Positions 59,040 through 64,000 of a stretch of 64,000 bases of DNA are shown here, one piece after another. A model generated the notes under the pieces. That model did no database searches and was not told where the DNA came from. It saw only the letters and a list, made by a program, of their open reading frames with translations. A program made the translations under genes and the position numbers. The DNA is from Clostridia bacterium (GTDB lineage Bacteria; Bacillota; Clostridia; UBA1212; UBA1255), in contig JAFWZX010000015.1 of the NCBI GenBank assembly GCA_017517275.1, positions 12,363 through 76,362 on the forward strand. The letters run 5' to 3'. The first letter of the stretch is position 1; each line of letters starts with the position of its first letter.

Positions 59040-59045
59040 TAAAAT

Positions 59046-59083
59046 ACAAAAAAAGAAGGGTGAATTTTTTAATCACCCTTCTT
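59046..59083 (-). terminator. Rho-independent terminator of the 588-aa surface protein gene
   Basis: Minus strand: aagaagggtga-ttaaaaaat-tcacccttctt followed by a T-run. Confidence 0.75.
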
Positions 59084-59100
59084 TAGTATTAATGAATCAT

Positions 59101-60867
59101 TTATTTCTTTTTACGTTTAATAACCAATGCTGCAGAAAGTACAAGCATTACCTGAGCGATTGCTGCTGATGAACCGCAACCTTCTTTCTTAGGTTGTGGA
59201 ATAACATCCGGAAGATCGTCTAGTGTTTTAACAGGTATTGATACAGGTGAAAAGTCAGAAACTAAATAAGCTTTCTTTTCAAGAAACTGAGCATATGCTG
59301 CTGGAGGTTGATGTGTCCTGATTGCGAAGTTAAGGAAGATTGTGGAAGGACTCCTTGAGATAGAAGCAAGTTGCTCTGCTGTAAGTCCTAAACTGAGGCT
59401 CTTTTTTGTGCCGCTGTCTGTCTTAGCATCTTGCATTTCTGTCTTTGTAGTAACACTCTTTACAGAACCAAGGAGTACTTTACCCATAGCATCGAATTGC
59501 TCTTGTGTAATTCTGTTCTCATCAAGACATTTTTGATAGAAATTGATGTTAGAGAGACAGTCGTTAAGAGTAACTATAATCTCATTCTGCTGTTGAGGAT
59601 CGGATGCAAGGTCTGAGTACAACTGTGTACCTAATGCATCGATCTCAATTGTAATGTCCTTAATCTTAACTGAAACTTGAGGTGTAGCAATAATCGGAGT
59701 ACCGTTTACTGGGATTGTCTTACCGTCAACTTCTGTGTAGAGGATATCTTCTGCAGTAATGTCTTTTGTGTAATATGTAGCATCATCAAGCTGGTTGATA
59801 ACACCGTCTTTGTTTACGTCTGTAAGATCGTCTGCAAACTTTGTCTTGAAGAGCTGTGCATATGATTTTTCATAATATTCACCGGTCTTACCAAGTGCTT
59901 TGATCTCTGAATTTAAAGCTTTTGTATAGTCTTTCTCTGTTTCGTAATCGGAACGTTTTGTCTGAATATCATATAGCGTGGGAGAAATCGTATTTCTCGT
60001 TTCATCAGCAAGGAATGCCTCGAAATCAGCTTCTGCAATAAAGAATACCTTCTTAATATTCATAAGATTGATTATTTTACCGTTTTCGTCAAATCTCTCG
60101 TTGAAACCAAGAGCTACGTACGTGTCTGAGTTTGCCCACTCTGTAACAGGAACACCTTTTTTATTAACAGCACCGGTTTTTCTGAGAACAGGAACGTTAA
60201 CGAAAAGTTCGCATCTTCTGCCATCGTGGCTAACCCAAATGTTATTGGACGTAACAGCGTAACCGTTAATGTCGATTCTGTAAGCGTTGCCGTCTGCGTC
60301 TGTCTCAACTGCAAGGGCATAACCGTCACTACCGTAAACAACGTTAGGATTCTGGTTTACGTAAGCTGCTCCCTCATCATAAGGGTCAGTAAGACCGTAG
60401 AAGTCTGTAGCTTCAACCTGCATCAAAACGTTGCCGTCCTGAATATGATTATAAAAAGCGTATTTCCTAGGTTTTGAAGATGCAGTAATATCGGGATAAA
60501 TATTGAGCTCTGGATATTTTGTATTCTTATACTGAGCTACGTAATAATCTCCTACTGTGTTGCCACCGATAACAACCTTATCAGCCATAAGTGGATTGCC
60601 TTTTGAATCTACGTATTTATCACCGTCAGTAACTTCCGGATTAAAGAAAAGATTTGTTGTTACAGTATTAACCTTACCACTCCAGTATTCTAAGAGAACG
60701 GGACTTTCATAGTGAATTGTAACTGAATAGAAATCAAGACCGCCAGTACCGATAGTACGACCGTCGTTGGGTGCTGCTGTTGCTTCGCCTTCAGCGGAAA
60801 CAAAAATAGAAGCTGTCATTGTTAAAATTAGAACAAAAACAACTAATAAAGTAAAAAACTTTTTCAT
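59101..60867 (-). CDS. secreted/cell-surface hypothetical protein with C-terminal Cys-containing anchor-like signal
   Basis: Signal peptide MKKFFTLLVVFVLILTMTASIFVSAEG. One dockerin/EF-hand-like loop DVNKDGVINQLD. C-terminus KKEGCGSSAAIAQVMLVLSAALVIKRKKK. Confidence 0.7.
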   Translation of the reverse strand: MKKFFTLLVVFVLILTMTASIFVSAEGEATAAPNDGRTIGTGGLDFYSVTIHYESPVLLEYWSGKVNTVTTNLFFNPEVTDGDKYVDSKGNPLMADKVVIGGNTVGDYYVAQYKNTKYPELNIYPDITASSKPRKYAFYNHIQDGNVLMQVEATDFYGLTDPYDEGAAYVNQNPNVVYGSDGYALAVETDADGNAYRIDINGYAVTSNNIWVSHDGRRCELFVNVPVLRKTGAVNKKGVPVTEWANSDTYVALGFNERFDENGKIINLMNIKKVFFIAEADFEAFLADETRNTISPTLYDIQTKRSDYETEKDYTKALNSEIKALGKTGEYYEKSYAQLFKTKFADDLTDVNKDGVINQLDDATYYTKDITAEDILYTEVDGKTIPVNGTPIIATPQVSVKIKDITIEIDALGTQLYSDLASDPQQQNEIIVTLNDCLSNINFYQKCLDENRITQEQFDAMGKVLLGSVKSVTTKTEMQDAKTDSGTKKSLSLGLTAEQLASISRSPSTIFLNFAIRTHQPPAAYAQFLEKKAYLVSDFSPVSIPVKTLDDLPDVIPQPKKEGCGSSAAIAQVMLVLSAALVIKRKKK

Positions 60868-61041
60868 AAAAACCTCCTGTATATAGAAAAATGATTCAAA
60901 AACACTTGCGTGTTGTCTATTAGTAGAATCTTAATACAAACAGCAGTTGTTGTCAATAGAAGAAAATTCAAAATGTTAAACCTTTATTCACTAATTACCG
61001 CCTGCAGTCTAATATTTGAACGTTTTTTTTACAATTAATTG

Positions 61042-61070
61042 TTGACTGTATCTGCGTTTAGTGATAAAAT
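61042..61070 (+). promoter_or_regulatory. putative promoter of rplU-prp-rpmA
   Basis: TTGACT (61042-61047), 17 nt, TAAAAT (61065-61070). Confidence 0.55.
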
Positions 61071-61198
61071 CCAGTGGTTGCCGCTCTGACGGGGCTTTGC
61101 AAATCTGTAAAATGATATTTTTACAGTGCCTTACGGGATTACAGCCACGCACAGGCTGTAAAATACAGGCGAGATTGTTGTTTGGAGGTGCAAAAGAG
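61071..61198 (+). ncRNA. structured 5' leader of rplU (candidate L21 ribosomal-protein leader)
   Basis: A ~120-nt untranslated leader with hairpins ctgtaaaa/ttttacag (61105-61126) and acagcc/ggctgt (61141-61158). The position matches the L21 leader known in Firmicutes. Confidence 0.4.
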
Positions 61199-61510
61199 AT
61201 GTATGCTATTTTAACTACAGGTGGTAAGCAGTATAAGGTAGAAGAAGGCGATGTTCTTTACATTGAGAAGCTTGACGTTGAAGCAGATGCAGCTGTTGTA
61301 TTTGATAAGGTTCTTGCTGTTTCATGTGACGATGACATTAAATTCGGAGCTCCTTATGTTGAAGGTGCTACTGTCGAGGCTAAGGTTGTTAAGAATGGTA
61401 AGGGTAAGAAGATCCGTATCATTAAACACAAGGCTAAAAAGGGTTATAGAAAAAGACAAGGTCACAGACAGCCTTATACACAGGTTACAATTGAGAAAAT
61501 CAATGCGTAA
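61199..61510 (+). CDS. rplU: 50S ribosomal protein L21
   Basis: [25 protein letters not shown], with GGAGGTG upstream. Confidence 0.95.
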   Translation: MYAILTTGGKQYKVEEGDVLYIEKLDVEADAAVVFDKVLAVSCDDDIKFGAPYVEGATVEAKVVKNGKGKKIRIIKHKAKKGYRKRQGHRQPYTQVTIEKINA

Positions 61511-61524
61511 TTTTGTTTATAATT

Positions 61525-61863
61525 ATGATTAATGTAAAGATTTTCAAAAATGATAGAAATGAGACGGTAAAGTTTACAGTTTCAGGTCATGCAGGTTACG
61601 GACCGTCAGGCAAAGATATTATTTGTGCGGCCGTTTCGGCGATTATGTATACCGCAGTAGGTTATTGTTTGGAAATCGGATATGACGGAGATTTTGTAGA
61701 AGACGACGGCTTTGCCTCATTCACACCGACAGGTGGGAAGGACAAAGAGATTACTTTGAAAGCAAACGCGGCATTAGATGCTATGTGCATCGGAGTCAAG
61801 CAAATTCAAGAGTCATATGGGAACAGATATATTAGGATACACGAATTAATTCAGGAGGTGTAA
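61525..61863 (+). CDS. prp: ribosomal-processing cysteine protease Prp
   Basis: 112 aa between rplU and rpmA. SGHAGY...[11 protein letters not shown] carries the catalytic His/Cys context. Confidence 0.85.
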   Translation: MINVKIFKNDRNETVKFTVSGHAGYGPSGKDIICAAVSAIMYTAVGYCLEIGYDGDFVEDDGFASFTPTGGKDKEITLKANAALDAMCIGVKQIQESYGNRYIRIHELIQEV

Positions 61864-61868
61864 ACGAA

Positions 61869-62147
61869 ATGATCAGAGTTAACTTGCAATTATTTGCACA
61901 TAAAAAAGGTCTGGGTAGCTCAAAGAACGGTAGAGATTCCGAATCAAAGCGTCTGGGTCTTAAGAAGGCAGACGGTCAGTATGTTTTAGCCGGCAACATT
62001 CTTGTGAGACAAAGAGGTACCAAGATTTATCCCGGTGAGAATGTAGGCATCGGTTCCGATTATACTTTATATGCAATGGTTGACGGAAAGCTTTCATTCC
62101 GCAGACTTGGAAAAGATAAGAAGCAGGCAGTTGTTACTGAGGCTTAA
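61869..62147 (+). CDS. rpmA: 50S ribosomal protein L27 (with cleavable N-terminal extension)
   Basis: [10 protein letters not shown]|[20 protein letters not shown]. Confidence 0.95.
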   Translation: MIRVNLQLFAHKKGLGSSKNGRDSESKRLGLKKADGQYVLAGNILVRQRGTKIYPGENVGIGSDYTLYAMVDGKLSFRRLGKDKKQAVVTEA

Positions 62148-62168
62148 TTTTTCAAAGATTTTATAACT

Positions 62169-62215
62169 AAGACCGCTACCATATGATTGATATGATTAGC
62201 GGTCTTTCTGTTAAT
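62169..62215 (+). terminator. terminator after rpmA
   Basis: aagaccgcta (62169-62178) and tagcggtctt (62197-62206), followed by a T-rich tail. Confidence 0.6.
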
Positions 62216-62241
62216 TTTACTTTTATATGAGGTAGCATAAA

Positions 62242-63561
62242 ATGTTTATTGACAGAGCTAATATATTTGTAAAATCAGGCAGAGGCGGTGACGGAATAGT
62301 TGCCTTTCACCGTGAAAAGTACGTTAATGCAGGCGGTCCGGACGGGGGAGACGGAGGCAAAGGCGGCGACGTGATTTTCACAGTTGATACAGGTATGTCC
62401 ACGCTTATGGATTTCAGATATAAACGTAAATTTGCAGCTCAAAATGGTGAGTCAGGCAGAAAGAATAAAATGACAGGTAAAAGCGGAGCGGACCTTTATG
62501 TTAAAGTTCCTCAGGGTACTGTTGTTAAAAACAGCGACACTGACGAAATTCTCGCTGATCTGACAGAACCCGGACAAAAAGTTGTTATTGCAAAGGGAGG
62601 CAGAGGCGGACAAGGTAATATGCACTTTGCTACTTCTACCAGGCAAATACCAAATTTTGCAAGGGCAGGACATGATGGGATTGAATTAAATCTCAAGCTT
62701 GAGCTCAAATTATTGGCAGACGTTGGTTTGGTTGGATATCCTAACGTTGGCAAATCAACACTGTTGTCGGTATGTACTGCGGCAAAACCGGAAATTGCCG
62801 ACTATCATTTTACGACGATTGTTCCCAACCTTGGTGTTGTTTTTAACGAAGGGGAGCGAAGCTTTGCAATTGCTGATATTCCGGGATTAATAGAGGGTGC
62901 CAGTCAAGGGCTTGGCCTTGGTCACGAATTCTTAAGACATATTGAAAGAACAAGGCTGATAGTTCACGTGATTGATGTATCAGGAAGTGAGGGCAGGGAT
63001 CCTTTTGCGGATTTTTTGAAAATTAATGAAGAACTTATGCAGTTCAGTCTTGCTCTTGCATCTAAACCACAGATTATTGCTTTGAATAAAACTGATATCG
63101 ATGTAAGTCGCGTTTCAGAATTTAAGCAAAAATTCCACGCTTGGCTTGAAGAGAATCATGATAACATAGATGATGCGTACGACAAAGGCGCGTGGCGTGT
63201 TTTTGAAATGTCTGCCGTGACAAATACAGGCGTCAGCGAGATAATGGCATATTGCGGAAGTATTCTTGATAAAATGCCTAATCAACTTGCCCCTGTATCG
63301 GTTAAGGAAGAAATTGCTGTTCACAAAGCTGTGGCAGAAGAAGATCTTTTCACAATTAGAGTTGAAGGGAACGTGTATATCGTTGAGGGAAACTGGATAA
63401 AAAACGTTGTTGAATCTACAAATCTCGAAGATTATGAGTCAGCGTCATATTTCCAGAGGATTATTCGTAAAAAAGGCCTGATTGATGCGCTGGTCAAGAA
63501 GGGAATTAAAGAAAACGATACCGTTAAAATATATGATATTGAATTCGATTATGTAGAATAA
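62242..63561 (+). CDS. obg: GTPase Obg/CgtA
   Basis: MFIDRANIFVKSGRGGDG, a Gly-rich Obg fold, GYPNVGKSTLLS and a C-terminal OCT domain. Confidence 0.95.
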   Translation: MFIDRANIFVKSGRGGDGIVAFHREKYVNAGGPDGGDGGKGGDVIFTVDTGMSTLMDFRYKRKFAAQNGESGRKNKMTGKSGADLYVKVPQGTVVKNSDTDEILADLTEPGQKVVIAKGGRGGQGNMHFATSTRQIPNFARAGHDGIELNLKLELKLLADVGLVGYPNVGKSTLLSVCTAAKPEIADYHFTTIVPNLGVVFNEGERSFAIADIPGLIEGASQGLGLGHEFLRHIERTRLIVHVIDVSGSEGRDPFADFLKINEELMQFSLALASKPQIIALNKTDIDVSRVSEFKQKFHAWLEENHDNIDDAYDKGAWRVFEMSAVTNTGVSEIMAYCGSILDKMPNQLAPVSVKEEIAVHKAVAEEDLFTIRVEGNVYIVEGNWIKNVVESTNLEDYESASYFQRIIRKKGLIDALVKKGIKENDTVKIYDIEFDYVE

Positions 63562-63572
63562 AGAGGTATACA

Positions 63573-64000
63573 ATGTACGAAAATAATGATCAGCTTACTG
63601 CAAATAAAGTATTGATTTTGCATATCCTCGACAAGCTAAATATGTTCGTATCAGAATTGTATCTGACTGAGGTTATTCTTGCGCCGGGATTAGTTAATTA
63701 CTTTTCAATGCAACAGGCTGTAGCGCAGCTTGTGTCAATGGGAATGATTGATAGGATTCTCGACAGCAACGGACTGCCTGTTTATTGTGTCACAAATAAG
63801 GGTCGGGAGATTGCATCATCTCTTAGCTATATGATAGCAGGAGGACTCGGAGCAAGATATGATAGGTATATAGATGAAAATATTGATAGAATTTCAAGCA
63901 AAATGAATACAAATTCCGACGTTTTCGAAGATGAACGCGGGAATTATTACGTAAGGTGCTATGTTCGTGAGGGTACAAACTGTATTGTTGATTTGAAAAT
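63573..64000 (+). CDS. partial CDS (142 codons, runs off window); DUF4364-like small protein
   Basis: The ATG at 63573 follows AAGAGG and the frame is open to the window end. NKVLILHILDKLNMFVSELYLTEVIL...NYFSMQQAV resembles DUF4364 (winged-helix-like) proteins. Confidence 0.5.
   Translation, partial: MYENNDQLTANKVLILHILDKLNMFVSELYLTEVILAPGLVNYFSMQQAVAQLVSMGMIDRILDSNGLPVYCVTNKGREIASSLSYMIAGGLGARYDRYIDENIDRISSKMNTNSDVFEDERGNYYVRCYVREGTNCIVDLK

Noticed and set aside
61061-61198. 46-codon N-terminal extension of the L21 ORF
   Set aside because: Canonical L21 starts at [14 protein letters not shown] with a GGAGGTG SD. The upstream part lies downstream of a good promoter and folds into hairpins, so it is a leader RNA rather than coding sequence.

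Overview
This 64-kb chromosomal window comes from a low-GC Gram-positive anaerobe. I infer a Clostridia-like organism from gene content only: Prp with an N-terminally extended L27, the DUF512-der-plsY block, DarA, HprK and glycyl-radical enzymes. I count about 54 protein genes and one tRNA-Pro(CGG). I saw no rRNA, CRISPR array, transposase, integrase or phage genes. Positions 1-16.7 kb are an accessory glycan or glycoprotein-utilisation region. It holds a translationally coupled operon (GH127-like glycosidase, an unusually short glycyl radical enzyme, its activase, and a further glycosidase-like gene that runs off the window). It also holds an NlpC/P60-like::GH36 fusion, an MFS::GH2 transporter-hydrolase fusion, a membrane-anchored alpha/beta hydrolase and a 1061-aa orphan protein. 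Between two convergent glycosidase genes sits a single AAA-ATPase/DUF4143 gene bracketed by ~108-bp inverted repeats that contain terminator-like hairpins. The rest is mostly core metabolism and housekeeping:
- ECF S-component, UDP-sugar pyrophosphorylase, a two-component system, hprK and murB
- a 2-oxoacid dehydrogenase operon with a fused E1 alpha/beta, pta-ackA, and rpmF-DUF512-der-plsY
- an ABC exporter with an N-terminal extension plus a DUF1854 gene, darA, smc and ftsY
- a transcarboxylase-like cluster, galE, rplU-prp-rpmA and obg

The best candidates for something undescribed are the GH127-GRE-activase operon (with a locus-level hydroxyproline-rich glycoprotein hypothesis), the inverted-repeat-bracketed ATPase cassette, the MFS::GH2 fusion and the extended ABC/DUF1854 pair. 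All functional calls rest on motifs read by eye in the translations. No database search was possible.
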